The notes under the pieces are model-generated. The model was not told the DNA's origin. It worked only from the letters and a program-made list of their open reading frames with translations, and searched no databases. This document shows positions 19,073 through 29,133 of a stretch of DNA of 64,000 nucleotides, one piece after another; within the stretch, counting starts at the first letter, position 1; every line of letters starts with the position of its first letter. A program made the translations under genes and the position numbers. Source of the DNA: an uncultured Gaiellaceae bacterium (GTDB lineage Bacteria; Actinomycetota; Thermoleophilia; Gaiellales; Gaiellaceae); the NCBI GenBank assembly GCA_963805135.1, contig CAWDSX010000024.1, positions 20,805 through 84,804 of the forward strand, in the 5' to 3' direction.

Positions 19073-19827
19073 GCGACTCACTCGCACCGGAGGCTGTAGG
19101 GCGCCACATCCGCGGTCGCTTCGGCAAGCCCTACACCTACGAGGCCGAGTGCGAGTCGACACAGTTGCTGCTACTGGGTTCGGGCCTGCCCGAGGGGGCC
19201 GTCGCCGCGACCGACCACCAGACGGAGGGCAAGGGTCGACACGGCAAACAGTGGGCCGCGCCGCCCGCCACATCCATCCTCGTATCGGTCATGCTGCATC
19301 CGCCGAGCGAGCGTCACCTCCCCGAGCTCTCGCTCGTCGCTGCGCTCGCCGCTGCCGAGGCGATCGAGGAGGCGACCGCCCTCACCGCGCAGATCAAGTG
19401 GCCGAACGACGTGATGCTGAACCGGCGAAAGGTGGCGGGCATCCTCTCCGAGCTCGCCGACGGAACGGTGGTCGTGGGCGTCGGCATCAACGTCAACCAG
19501 GCCCAGGACGAGCTCCCTGCGGACACGCCGACTACCGCGGGCTCGCTTCGAACCCTCACCGGGCAGAGGCATGACCGTGCGCGCCTGCTCGGGTCGCTCC
19601 TCTTCCGCCTCGAGCGAATCTACGACGGCTGGCGGCACGGCGGTCTCGCCGATCTCTACGGCGAGGTCGGCGCACGCGACTTCCTCCGGGGCCGGCGAAT
19701 CACGGTCGACGGCAAGCCCGCGACCGCACTGCAGATCCTGCGCGACGGACGTCTCGAGGTCGCCACGGGCAACGGCCACGGCGAGACACGCGTGGTCGAG
19801 TCGGGCGAGGTGCTCTTCGAGCGCTAG
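19069..19827 (+). CDS. birA: biotin--[acetyl-CoA-carboxylase] ligase (no HTH domain)
   Basis: It has HQTEGKGRHGKQW and KWPNDV motifs. The GTG start overlaps the fdhA stop (GTGTGA). Confidence 0.85.
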   Translation: MSDSLAPEAVGRHIRGRFGKPYTYEAECESTQLLLLGSGLPEGAVAATDHQTEGKGRHGKQWAAPPATSILVSVMLHPPSERHLPELSLVAALAAAEAIEEATALTAQIKWPNDVMLNRRKVAGILSELADGTVVVGVGINVNQAQDELPADTPTTAGSLRTLTGQRHDRARLLGSLLFRLERIYDGWRHGGLADLYGEVGARDFLRGRRITVDGKPATALQILRDGRLEVATGNGHGETRVVESGEVLFER

Positions 19828-20186
19828 CCGCGGACGAGTGCGCTGATGAGGATGTAGAGCGCGATGCCGATCGGCAAGACCAGGCGAGCGAACCGCTGCC
19901 AGCCGGGCTTGCGGGGCACGTGGTCGTCCTCCGAGGCCTCGAACTCCGGCGGCAGCTCGACGTCGTCGAGATCGGCGTCGAACACCTCGGGCTGGACCTC
20001 CTCGACCTCGACCGTGCGCGCCTCGAATTCGAACGCGTCGCCGACGTCCGTCGGCGGCTCCTCGACCTCGATGGTGCTCCCCTCGAGCTCGAAGAGGCTC
20101 GGCCAGCGGCCGCACGTGCGGCAGGCGTTCGCGACCGGCTCGTTCACCGTTCCGCACTGCGAGCAGCGCCAGGGTGCGTCGGCCAC
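19824..20186 (-). CDS. zinc-ribbon protein with acidic linker and C-terminal membrane anchor
   Basis: 120 aa: CSQCG...CRTCG, an acidic repeat region, and a C-terminal hydrophobic helix LVLPIGIALYILISALV. Confidence 0.6.
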   Translation of the reverse strand: MADAPWRCSQCGTVNEPVANACRTCGRWPSLFELEGSTIEVEEPPTDVGDAFEFEARTVEVEEVQPEVFDADLDDVELPPEFEASEDDHVPRKPGWQRFARLVLPIGIALYILISALVRG

Positions 20187-20208
20187 GTCTCAGAGAGTAC
20201 GTCGGCGG

Positions 20209-20948
20209 CTACGACGAGGACGACAGCGGGATCTCGACGAGCTTCGTCCGCGAGCCGTCCTCGGCCGAGGGCTCGAACACGACGAGGGTGCTCACGCCGT
20301 CGAAGGATTCCCGGTCGTGAACTCGAACGTCCCGCGCGTCCCGGTTCCGGAGGTGGCCGTCACGAAGTTCTCGTCGACGACGTTGCCGTCGGTGTCGAGC
20401 AGCTCGTAGTTGAACGTCGCCTCGAACGTGTTCGCGGTGCCGGTTGCGGTGATCGGGCTCGTTACGTCGGCAAAGGGGAGCGGCGACTCGACGAGGATCG
20501 CCGGCGTCTGCTCCTCGAAGTCCGCGCGCGTGTACGTCTCACCCTCGATCTCGACCGAGTCCACGGTCGGGAACTGGGTCAGCGTGTAAACGAGCTGCGC
20601 AAGCGCTTCGGTCGAAAGGTCGCCTGAAGTAGAGGCGGTGGCTACGCCGTCGGCGACCTGGAGGTCGTCGATCTCGGTGTCGGACGGAATCGCGGTCGTC
20701 GCGTCGAGCTCGCTCTCCTCCTCGGACGATGGGCCGTCGAGCAGCGAGTCCACCGCAGCGGATTCGGTGTCGGTCGCGGGCAGCTCGCGCGCTACGGGCC
20801 ACACCTTGCCGTCCCGCAGGACGTAGACGTGAGCATCCTGCGACGCCGGCAGCGTGACCGTGTCCGTGCTGGCCGCCTCGTCCGAGTCGTCGCCCCCGCA
20901 GCCGGCGAGGAGGAGGCCGAAAGCCAGAAGGAACAGCGCACGTTTCAC
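20209..20948 (-). CDS. lipoprotein with GerMN-like and Ig-like (Gmad2-like) domains, with one frame disruption near 20300
   Basis: Lipobox LLLAGC. The tail FDGVSTLVVFEPSAEDGSRTKLVEIPL continues in another frame to a TAG at 20209. Confidence 0.65.
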
Positions 20949-21940
20949 GGCCAGAGGGTAGCCCGAGGTCGCGGATCACGAACGATGTGCGCGAGGCGCT
21001 GCCGCAGCTCGGCGACGTCCAGCGTTCGATCGAACACGAGACGCCGCGCGGTCTCCTCCTCCAGCCCGTCGAAGAGGTCGACCGTCTCCCACAGCGCACG
21101 CGCGACGTCGCGCAGGTCGTAGTCCGCGTACGCGAGCTCGAGCGAGGACAACGCACCTGCATCCGCCCACCGCTCGAGACCGCGCCCCGCCTCGAGCACG
21201 GATGCTCCGGAATCGACCGAGAGCGCGTGCCAGCCGAGAAGCGTGACGACGGACCTCTTCAGCGCCCCGTTCACGGCGTCGACGGCGAGGAACACGTCCC
21301 CCTTGCGAACCCTGCGCGCCGCCCACAACGCGGTCGCCCAGAAGTCGGTCGCGAGCTCGTGGAGCGCCTCGTCGTCAGGGAGAAGCACCGGCCGCTCGCC
21401 GAGCCCCTCGTCGAGCGCCTCGCTCGTCGCGACGACGAGATCGGTCGGCGTGTTCACGTTGAGCAGGAGCGCTTCGTCGACCTCGAGCGTCACCGGATTG
21501 ACGCCGCGGAGCGAGAGCTCGCCACGGTCGACGCGCGCCTCGAGCTCGGGAAGGAGCGCTTTCGAGTAGACGCCCGGCAAAGGGCCCGTCTGGGGCACGG
21601 CTCGGGCGGCGAGCAACGCGCGGAGCAGATCGGCCGTCACGAGCGGACAGTCGACGGGCAGGACGATGCACGTGTCGTGCGCGGCGGCGCGCAAGCCCGC
21701 GATCACGCCGAAGACCGGCGCGCGCTCGTCCGAGCCGTCGTCGAGAACCGGGAACGGCAAGTCGAGCTCGTCGTCCGCCTTGCCGACGGCGAGTACCTGC
21801 TCGCAGACCGCGCCGAGGATCCGGCTCGCCCGCTCCGCGAGCGTCTCGCCCCGGAACGCCGCGAGCGCCTTCGGCGAGCCGAACCTCTCGGACGCGCCGC
21901 CGACGAGCAGCACGCCCGTGACGGCTAGACGATCCGCCAC
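20945..21940 (-). CDS. MobA-like molybdenum cofactor guanylyltransferase fused to an ANT(6)-like C-terminal helical domain
   Basis: LLVGGASERFG and LPVDCP are MobA motifs in the first ~175 aa. The C-terminal ~150 aa (DFWATALWAARRVRKGDVFLAVDAVNGALKRSVVTLLGW) resembles the helical half of aminoglycoside 6-adenylyltransferase-family proteins. Confidence 0.7.
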   Translation of the reverse strand: MADRLAVTGVLLVGGASERFGSPKALAAFRGETLAERASRILGAVCEQVLAVGKADDELDLPFPVLDDGSDERAPVFGVIAGLRAAAHDTCIVLPVDCPLVTADLLRALLAARAVPQTGPLPGVYSKALLPELEARVDRGELSLRGVNPVTLEVDEALLLNVNTPTDLVVATSEALDEGLGERPVLLPDDEALHELATDFWATALWAARRVRKGDVFLAVDAVNGALKRSVVTLLGWHALSVDSGASVLEAGRGLERWADAGALSSLELAYADYDLRDVARALWETVDLFDGLEEETARRLVFDRTLDVAELRQRLAHIVRDPRPRATLWP

Positions 21941-22706
21941 GGCTCGGTGTAGACGCTCACGCGACCGTCACGGACCCAGGCGCAGAGCGTCACGCCGCGG
22001 TCGGCGGCCAGCTCGACGGCGAGCGACGACGGGGCGCCGACGGCGACGAGGACGGGGCAGCCCGCGACAGCCGCCTTCTGCACGAGCTCGAACGAGAGAC
22101 GGCCGCTGACGCAGAGCACGTGCGACGAGAGCGGAAGTGCGCCCTCGAGGAACGCCCAGCCGAGAACCTTGTCCATCGCGTTGTGCCGTCCGACGTCCTC
22201 GCGGACGCAGAGAAGCTCACCGGACGGGTCGAAGAGGCCCGTCGCGTGGAGCCCGCCGGTGGCCGCGAACGCGCGCTGCGACGTCGAGCAGCCGACGCAG
22301 GCAGCGATGCCACGACGTCGCGTGGCACCTCGAGCCGGCTCTCGACCCGCGGCGCGGCGACCTCGACGGCCTCGATCGCGCCCTTGCCGCAGACCCCGCA
22401 CGACGACGAGGTGTAGAAGTGCCGCTTCAGACGCTCGGGGTCGAAGCCGGCGGCCTCGACGTCGACGGTGTTCGCCGCGAGGTCGTCCGGGACATGCGCG
22501 GCGGTCGGCGCGAGCCCCTCGGACAGGCAGAACCCGAGCGCGAGCTCTTCGTCGTGCCCCGGCGTTCGCATCGTGACGGCGACCGGCTCGCCGCCGATCC
22601 GGATCTCGAGCGGTTCCTCGACGGCGACGAGATCGTGCTCGTCCGCGTCCTCCGGATGCCGCACGACCGCGACGCGCCGCGTCGAGTACGGAGGCGCCTC
22701 GGACAC
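21925..22706 (-). CDS. fdhD: formate dehydrogenase accessory sulfurtransferase FdhD, with one frame disruption near 22310
   Basis: N-terminal part PLEIRIGGEPVAVTMRTPGHDEELALGF and SSSCGVCGK. The C-terminal part EDVGRHNAMDKVLGW is in ORF 21925..22401. Confidence 0.85.
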
Positions 22707-22757
22707 CGCGTCAGCGTACTTGCGGGGAGAGCCGAGGCTCTCCCCGCGGTACGAGAG

Positions 22758-23285
22758 TCAGCTTGCGTTCGCGCAGACCGCGAAGACCGTGAGCGACCAC
22801 GTGGCGTTCGTCGCCGTCACCTCACGTCCGACGGCGCGATAGATGTTGTCGTTATCGGGGAAGGACGCCTGGATCGCGACGTTGACCGGAGGCGAGGCGC
22901 CTGCGCCGTTGAGCCTCGCGCCTCCTCCGAGAAGCCGCTTCCCGGCGGGACACGCCATCTGGGCGGGCTTCGGGCTCGCGGTGTTGAGCGGCGTCGTGGT
23001 CTCGACGCGCTCGACGCCGCTCAGACCCGCAGGTCCCGCCGGACCCGCCGGGCCGGCAGGGCCGGCCGGCCCCGCCTGAAGCTGGCCGGGGGCGAAGTCG
23101 GCACGCAGGAGCGTGCGGTTCTTCACCTTCGCGGACGTCACCGCGGAGTTCTTGAGCTGTGGCGTGCCGACGCTGCCCTTCGGCAGCGCGACGGCAGCCG
23201 CGTAGCTCGTTCCGCCGAGAGCGATGGCCAGTGCGACACACGAGATCACGAGCGCAGGCGACGGACGCCGTACGGAAATCCTCAT
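22758..23285 (-). CDS. secreted protein with short collagen-like (GPA)5 tract
   Basis: 175 aa with a signal/anchor sequence, GPAGPAGPAGPAGPAG in the middle, and a Cys-containing C-terminal domain. Confidence 0.65.
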   Translation of the reverse strand: MRISVRRPSPALVISCVALAIALGGTSYAAAVALPKGSVGTPQLKNSAVTSAKVKNRTLLRADFAPGQLQAGPAGPAGPAGPAGPAGLSGVERVETTTPLNTASPKPAQMACPAGKRLLGGGARLNGAGASPPVNVAIQASFPDNDNIYRAVGREVTATNATWSLTVFAVCANAS

Positions 23286-23357
23286 GGGTTGCCTCCGTTG
23301 GTCGTCGGACTGTGAGCGCGCGACCGTACCGACGGGGTATGACGACTCTGTAAGCCG

Positions 23358-23921
23358 CTACGCCGGGACCGCGGCGCGGTCGAGCACGTCGAGGAACGCG
23401 CGTGACCACTCGGCGAGGTCGCCCCAGCCGCGGCACGAGACCATGTTCCCGTCGACGACCGCAGCGCCGTCCACGAACTCGCCGCCGGCGAGCTCGATGT
23501 CGGGCGCCAGCGGCGGATAGGCCGACGAGCGCCGTCCACGGAGGAGTCCGAGCGCTGCAGGCACCTGCGGCCCGTGGCACAACGTGCCGACGGGCTTGTC
23601 CTCGGCGAAGAAGTGCTCGACGATGCGCGGCACCTCGGGATCGACGCGAATGAACTCCGGCGCGCGACCGCCGGGAATGACCACCGCCGCGAAGTCCGAA
23701 GGATCGACGTCGGCGAACGCGACGTCGACCGGGCACGACCGGCCGGGCTTCTCGACGTACGTGTCGAACTCCGGCTCGAAGTCGTGGACGACGAGCTTGA
23801 TCGGGCGAGTCGTCGGAGCGGCGACGTACGGCTCGTGCCCCGCCTCGGCGAGCCGGTACTTGATGAACATCGTCTCGAGATCCTCGGCGGCGTCTCCCGC
23901 GAGGATCAGCACCTTCGCCAT
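23358..23921 (-). CDS. DJ-1/PfpI family protein
   Basis: Intact 187-aa ORF with the VGTLCHGP nucleophile-elbow Cys motif. Confidence 0.9.
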   Translation of the reverse strand: MAKVLILAGDAAEDLETMFIKYRLAEAGHEPYVAAPTTRPIKLVVHDFEPEFDTYVEKPGRSCPVDVAFADVDPSDFAAVVIPGGRAPEFIRVDPEVPRIVEHFFAEDKPVGTLCHGPQVPAALGLLRGRRSSAYPPLAPDIELAGGEFVDGAAVVDGNMVSCRGWGDLAEWSRAFLDVLDRAAVPA

Positions 23922-23930
23922 GCCGCGAGG

Positions 23931-25760
23931 CTACTCGACTGTGACGGTCTTCGCGAGGTTGCGCGGCTGATCGACGTTCAGCCCGCGCAGTCGTGCGATG
24001 CGGTAGGCGAGGAGCTGGAGCGGGAGGATCGCGAGCACCACCTGCAGGAACGCCGGCGTCTTCGGCACGTAGATGACGTCGTCGGCGTGATGCTGGATGT
24101 CCTCGTTGCCGTCCGTCGCGATCGCGATGACGTGCGCGCCGCGCGCGCGGACCTCCTGGATGTTCGAGACGATCTTGTCGTAGACGTGGATGTTCGTCGC
24201 GACGACGACGACCGGCGTCTGCTCGTCGAGGAGGGCGATCGGCCCGTGCTTCATCTCCCCGGCCGAATACGCCTCGGTCGGGATGTAGGAGATCTCCTTC
24301 AGCTTCAGCGCACCCTCGAGCGCGACGGGGAGTCCGATGTGGCGTCCGAGGTAGAGGAAGAAGTGCGCATCGTGGTAGCGCTGGGCGATCTCCTCGATCG
24401 GATGGTCGCCGTCGAGGAAAGCCTGGATCTTCGTCGGGAGCTTGTAGACGAAGTCGAGGATGAACTCGATCTCGCCCGGCGGGAGCGTCTCGCGGATCTG
24501 CGCCAGCTTGAGCGCGACGAGGTAGAGGAGCGCGACCTGCGCGGTGAACGTCTTCGACGCGGCGACGCCCATCTCGAGCCCGGCTCGCGTGTAGAGGACG
24601 GAGTCGACCTCACGCGTGACCTGCGAGCCCATCATGTTCGTGATCGCGACCGTTCGGGCGCCCTTCTCCTTCGCGAGCTTGAGCGCCTCGATCGTGTCGC
24701 GCGTCTCGCCCGACTGCGTGATCCCGATGACGAGGTCGTGCTCGTTGATGACCGGATTGCGGTAGATCCACTCGCTCGCGATGTCGAACTCGACGGGAAC
24801 ACGCGCCCACTCCTCGATCACGTATCGCCCCACCACGCAAGCGTGGTACGCCGTGCCGCAGGCGAGAAGAACGATCCGGCGGAGATCCTTGACGTCCTGT
24901 CCGGTCATGTCGAGGCCCTCGAGAACGAGTGTCCCGTGCCGTACGCGGTCGCCGATCGTCTCCGCGACGGCCTCCGGCTGCTCGTAGATCTCCTTGAGCA
25001 TGAACGTCTCGTAGCCCGCCTTCTCCGCGCCCTCGTCGTCCCAGTCGAGCTCGGTCCGCTCGTGCGCGACAGACGTCCCGTCGGAGGTGAGAAACGTCGC
25101 GCCGTCGGGACGCACGACGACGATCTCCTCGTCCGCGGGGAACTGCACCGTGTGCGTCTCGCTCAGGAATGCGGCCGCGTTGGACGCGAGGAACATCTCG
25201 CCCTCGCCGACTCCGACGACGAGCGGAACGCCGTGCTTGCGAACCCCGACGAGGAGCCCCGGGTGGTCGTGATGGATCACGACGAAAGCGAAGTGCCCTT
25301 CGAGCGCGCCGAACGCGAGCCGGACTGCCTCGACGAGGTCGCCCTCGTAGTAGCGCTCGATGAGGTGGGTGACCGTCTCGGCGTCGGTCTCGGACGAGAA
25401 CGTGTGGCCGTCCGCGGTGAGTCTCTCCGTGAGCTCGCGGTAGTTCTCGACGATCCCGTTGAGGACGATCGAGACCTTCGACGCGTCGCAGCCGGCGAGC
25501 GGATGCGCATTCGCCTCGGTGACCCCGCCGTGCGTCGCCCAGCGCGTGTGCCCGAGACCGGTCGTCGCAGTCGACCCGTTCGAGCCCGCGCGCTCTTTGA
25601 GATTCCCGAGCGGACCGACCGCGCGGACGTAGTCGAGTCCGTCGCTCTCGAGGAGCGCGATACCCGCCGAGTCGTAGCCGCGGTACTCGAGGCGCTCGAG
25701 CCCCTGGATGAGGAGCGACTTGCACTCTCTCGGGCCGACGTATCCGATGATCCCGCACAT
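23931..25760 (-). CDS. glmS: glutamine--fructose-6-phosphate aminotransferase
   Basis: Intact 609-aa ORF with the MCGIIGY N-terminal nucleophile, two SIS domains, and a C-terminal KTVTVE. Confidence 0.95.
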   Translation of the reverse strand: MCGIIGYVGPRECKSLLIQGLERLEYRGYDSAGIALLESDGLDYVRAVGPLGNLKERAGSNGSTATTGLGHTRWATHGGVTEANAHPLAGCDASKVSIVLNGIVENYRELTERLTADGHTFSSETDAETVTHLIERYYEGDLVEAVRLAFGALEGHFAFVVIHHDHPGLLVGVRKHGVPLVVGVGEGEMFLASNAAAFLSETHTVQFPADEEIVVVRPDGATFLTSDGTSVAHERTELDWDDEGAEKAGYETFMLKEIYEQPEAVAETIGDRVRHGTLVLEGLDMTGQDVKDLRRIVLLACGTAYHACVVGRYVIEEWARVPVEFDIASEWIYRNPVINEHDLVIGITQSGETRDTIEALKLAKEKGARTVAITNMMGSQVTREVDSVLYTRAGLEMGVAASKTFTAQVALLYLVALKLAQIRETLPPGEIEFILDFVYKLPTKIQAFLDGDHPIEEIAQRYHDAHFFLYLGRHIGLPVALEGALKLKEISYIPTEAYSAGEMKHGPIALLDEQTPVVVVATNIHVYDKIVSNIQEVRARGAHVIAIATDGNEDIQHHADDVIYVPKTPAFLQVVLAILPLQLLAYRIARLRGLNVDQPRNLAKTVTVE

Positions 25761-25812
25761 GGTCTAGGGCCTCATTAAACGCACAAGAGCCCGGCGGCGC
25801 CCTCCGTCGGGC

Positions 25813-27069
25813 CTAGCCGAGCTCTCGTTCAACGAGCGCGGCGATGCTAGCACAGAGGTTCTCCGCATCGTCCGCATTTTCGGCCTCGACCAGGACGCGA
25901 AACACGGGCTCCGTGCCCGACGGTCGCACGAGGACTCGCCCGCGCTCACCCAGCTCGGCGTTCACACGACCGACCTCCGCCGCAACGCCCGGAGGCAACT
26001 CACGGGCCCTGACACGCACGCTCCGCAGCACCTGGGGGTAGCGCGGCATCACCGCCGCCGCGTCGCTCAAGGTGCGTCCCCGAATCGAAGCGCAGAGCAG
26101 CAGGCCCGCAGCGAGGCCGTCGCCGGTCACATGACCGCCGAGCCAGATCACGTGTCCGGACTGCTCGCCGCCGAGGAGACCGCCCTCGCGCGCCAGCGCC
26201 TCGAGTACGTGACGGTCGCCGACGGGGGTCGTGACCACTCTGATCCCGCGTTCCGCCATGAGCGTGTGGAACCCGAGGTTCGTCATGACCGTCACGGCCA
26301 CGACCTCGACGCCGAGATGGAGCGCGAGAACGGCGACGATCTGGTCTCCGTCGACGGTCTCGCCCTGCTCGTCGACCGCGAGCATCCGATCGCCGTCCCC
26401 GTCGAAGGCGACGCCCAGGTCGAGGGCTTCACCCGTGACGAGCTGCCGCAGAGCGGCGAGATCGGTCGCGCCGCAGCCCACGTTGATGTTCGACCCGTCG
26501 GGAGAGACCCCAATCGCATGCACCTCCGCGCCGTACTGCTCGAACACGGCGGGAGCGATGTCGGAGAACGCCCCGTTCGCACAGTCGACGCCGATGCGGA
26601 GGCCCGACAGGTCGGTCCCGAAGGCGTCGCGCACGTGCGCGACGTAGCGGTCGCGTGCATCGTCAGCGTGCTCGATCGAGCCGCCACCCGTCGGGGGTGC
26701 GTCGAGCAGCGCCTCGATCTCCTCGTCCTGCTCGTCGGCGAGCTTCCCGCCCTCGAGGAAGAGCTTCACGCCGTTGTACTCGGGCGGGTTGTGCGATGCG
26801 GAGACGACGACGCCGAGGCGCTCGGCGAGGAGGGCGACCGCGGGAGTCGGGAGGACGCCGCCGAGGACGGCGGTACCGCCCGCCGAGGCAATCCCGCGAG
26901 CGACTGCCTCCTCGAGCTCAGGCCCCGATGCACGCGTGTCGCGGCCGACGAAGACGCGACCGCCGCCCGCCCACAGCGTGGCGGCCCTCCCGACGCGCTC
27001 GACGAGGTCCGGCGTCAACTCCTCGCCGACGACGCCGCGCACACCATCCGTTCCGAAGTACCGCCGCAC
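25813..27069 (-). CDS. glmM: phosphoglucosamine mutase
   Basis: GTG start gives VRRYFGTDGVRG. It has the SASHNPPEYNG phosphoserine loop, DGDGDR and GEQSGH. It is the 3' part of the fused 721-aa ORF. Confidence 0.9.
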   Translation of the reverse strand: MRRYFGTDGVRGVVGEELTPDLVERVGRAATLWAGGGRVFVGRDTRASGPELEEAVARGIASAGGTAVLGGVLPTPAVALLAERLGVVVSASHNPPEYNGVKLFLEGGKLADEQDEEIEALLDAPPTGGGSIEHADDARDRYVAHVRDAFGTDLSGLRIGVDCANGAFSDIAPAVFEQYGAEVHAIGVSPDGSNINVGCGATDLAALRQLVTGEALDLGVAFDGDGDRMLAVDEQGETVDGDQIVAVLALHLGVEVVAVTVMTNLGFHTLMAERGIRVVTTPVGDRHVLEALAREGGLLGGEQSGHVIWLGGHVTGDGLAAGLLLCASIRGRTLSDAAAVMPRYPQVLRSVRVRARELPPGVAAEVGRVNAELGERGRVLVRPSGTEPVFRVLVEAENADDAENLCASIAALVERELG

Positions 27070-27086
27070 GGCGGTGGAACCTACCG

Positions 27087-27978
27087 TCAGCGGACGAGTA
27101 CGAGCGTGCGGCTGATGCCCGCGAGGTACCCCGCGCCGGCTTGAGCCTTGGGCATGAACATGCGCACGCGCGAGCGCCCGGCGGGCAGGCGGGCCTTGAA
27201 GGTCACCGCCGACGTCGCGGTCAGGGTCGCCTTCCGCCAGGATCACCCACTGCCCGAAGGCGTTTCGCCGCTGGAGGTACAGCACCTTGCCCGCGAGCGA
27301 GCGCGCCGCCCGCGCCTTCGTGAAGAAGGTCACGGTGCGCCCACTCGCAGCCTTCACCCTGAACAGGACCTGCGGCCGTACGAGCACCTTCACAGGGGCG
27401 CTCGTCGCCGTCGCGGCGGGCTTCCAGCGAGCCTCGTAGACGGTCTCGAGCCTCGGCCGCACGATGAAGCTCCAGCTCCCGCCGCCCTGCGTGGTCACCG
27501 ATCCGATCGCCGCCAGCGCCGCCGTGCCGTGCGGCTGCGCGAAGATCGTCACCGTTTCCGCGGCGCGCTTGCTCGACGTCGCTCCGGAAAGGGTCACCGT
27601 GCTGCCGTAGACGACGAGCGTCTTCGAGGCGCTTGCCGTGACGGAGATAGGCCCCGCCGGCACGCCCTGAACGGTCACCGTCCCGTGGTTCTTCTTCACC
27701 GTCTCGTCCTGGTAGGAGAAGCGACCCACGCTCTTGTACGTGAAGGAGAACGTCTCCCCGGGCTTGATCAGCGGAGAAGTGAAGCCTGCACTCTTCGACG
27801 CGATCTGGTGGCTCGTCGTGTCGTCGTTTCTCCACGTCACCGTGTCGCCCACCGCGATCGTCAGCGCCTCGGGGGAGAAGCCGGCTTTCGCGATCGCGAC
27901 CGTGAACGTCGCCGCGCGCGCAGGTGCGAGCACGACTAGTGCGACGAGAAGAACGGCGAGGAGAGTCCGTGACCGCAT
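27087..27978 (-). CDS. secreted cupredoxin-like plus Ig-like domain protein, with one frame disruption near 27235
   Basis: It has a signal peptide and GDTVTWRNDDTTSHQI (a cupredoxin-like fold lacking the usual Cys ligand). The tail ATLTATSAVTFKARLPAGRSRVRMFMPK...LVLVR continues in another frame to a TGA at 27087. Confidence 0.55.
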
Positions 27979-28098
27979 GTCGGTTCCTTCCTCGAAAGAC
28001 GTGCCTAGGGCGGAGAACTTGCGCCCTTGAAGGGGTGAGATCCCGAGGTTCCGCTCTCGCGGGCCGACTCCTCCGCCGACCGAGCGGCGGGCGACCGC

Positions 28099-28494
28099 TT
28101 ACCGCTTCGAGAACTGCGGGGCCTTGCGGGCCTTGTGCAGGCCGGCCTTCTTGCGCTCGACGATGCGAGCGTCGCGCGTCAGGAAGCCCTGCCGCTTGAG
28201 CGCCACGCGCATCTCCGGATCGGCCTCGACGAGCGCGCGGGCAATGCCGTGCCGGACAGCCCCGGCCTGGCCCGACGGGCCGCCGCCGGCGACGCGAACG
28301 CGCAGGTCGTACGTCGACGCGGCCTCCGCCACCTCGAGCGGCGCCATCACCATCTTGCGATGCACCGCGCGCGGGAAGTAGTCCTCGAGCGTCCGCCCGT
28401 TGATCCAGGTCTTGCCGTCGCCGGGCCGCAGGATCACACGAGCGACCGACGTCTTGCGCTTGCCGGTCCCGAGGTACTGCGCGATCTCGCTCAT
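28099..28494 (-). CDS. rpsI: 30S ribosomal protein S9
   Basis: 131 aa: [12 protein letters not shown] at the start and a C-terminal [17 protein letters not shown]. Confidence 0.95.
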   Translation of the reverse strand: MSEIAQYLGTGKRKTSVARVILRPGDGKTWINGRTLEDYFPRAVHRKMVMAPLEVAEAASTYDLRVRVAGGGPSGQAGAVRHGIARALVEADPEMRVALKRQGFLTRDARIVERKKAGLHKARKAPQFSKR

Positions 28495-28922
28495 GCGAGC
28501 TCCAGCGGCTTCGGGTCCTGCGCCGCGTGCGGATGGTCGGGGCCGGCGTACACCTTGAGCTTCGTGAGCTGCGCCGAGGCGAGCTTGTTCTTCGGAAGCA
28601 TCCCCTTCACCGCCTTGCGGATGACCTCGGTCGGGCGCCGCTCGAGCTGCTCCCGCAGCGTCCGCTGCTTGATTCCGCCCGGATAGCCCGAGTGGCGGTA
28701 GTAGATCTTCGTGTCGAGCTTCGAGCCGGTCACGGCGATCTTCTCCGCGTTCACGACGACGATGAAGTCGCCGGTGTCGACGTGCGGCGTGTAGGCGGGC
28801 TTGCCCTTGCCGCGGAGCATGTCCGCGATCTGGGTCGCCAAGCGGCCGAGCGTCTTGCCCTCGGCGTCGACGAGGAACCACTCGCGCTGGATCTCTCCGG
28901 GCTTTGCCGTGTAGGTCTTCAT
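28491..28922 (-). CDS. rplM: 50S ribosomal protein L13
   Basis: 143 aa: [29 protein letters not shown]. Its stop overlaps the rpsI start. Confidence 0.95.
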   Translation of the reverse strand: MKTYTAKPGEIQREWFLVDAEGKTLGRLATQIADMLRGKGKPAYTPHVDTGDFIVVVNAEKIAVTGSKLDTKIYYRHSGYPGGIKQRTLREQLERRPTEVIRKAVKGMLPKNKLASAQLTKLKVYAGPDHPHAAQDPKPLELA

Positions 28923-29133
28923 TACAGAAAGAGGGCGGACTCGCCGTCCGCCGGCGGGGGATTGTAGCAACGAACGCCTAGCGGTTCGGGTGGGTAAGTC
29001 CGGACCAGCCGCGCGTTGACTTCGTGTCAATCCGGACAAAAGATGCGCTGTACGGCGTGGGGACGCCGCTTGCGGCTACAGGAGAGGTAAGGGGGCTACA
29101 CATGGCAACGCCTGACGAGCGCAGGAAGCGCAC

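Noticed and set aside
23574-25778. 734-aa plus-strand ORF covering the whole glmS locus
   Set aside because: It is antisense to an intact, unmistakable glmS. Its product is a low-complexity Arg/Asp/Leu/Val-rich sequence typical of stop-free reverse frames in ~70% GC DNA.
25761-25812. glmS ribozyme upstream of glmS
   Set aside because: Only about 52 nt separate glmS from the glmM stop. That is too short, and the conserved ribozyme core is missing.
25813-27978. 721-aa cupredoxin / GlmM fusion
   Set aside because: The upstream protein continues in another frame to a TGA at 27087, and glmM has its own GTG start at 27069.
28923-28966. Ribosomal-protein leader or attenuator upstream of rplM (hairpin GGCGGAC-ggcga-GTCCGCC then CTCTTTCTGTA-ATG, with a TACAAT -10-like box at 28961-28966)
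   Set aside because: It is plausible, but it rests on one short hairpin only. I cannot assess a conserved leader structure without comparative data.
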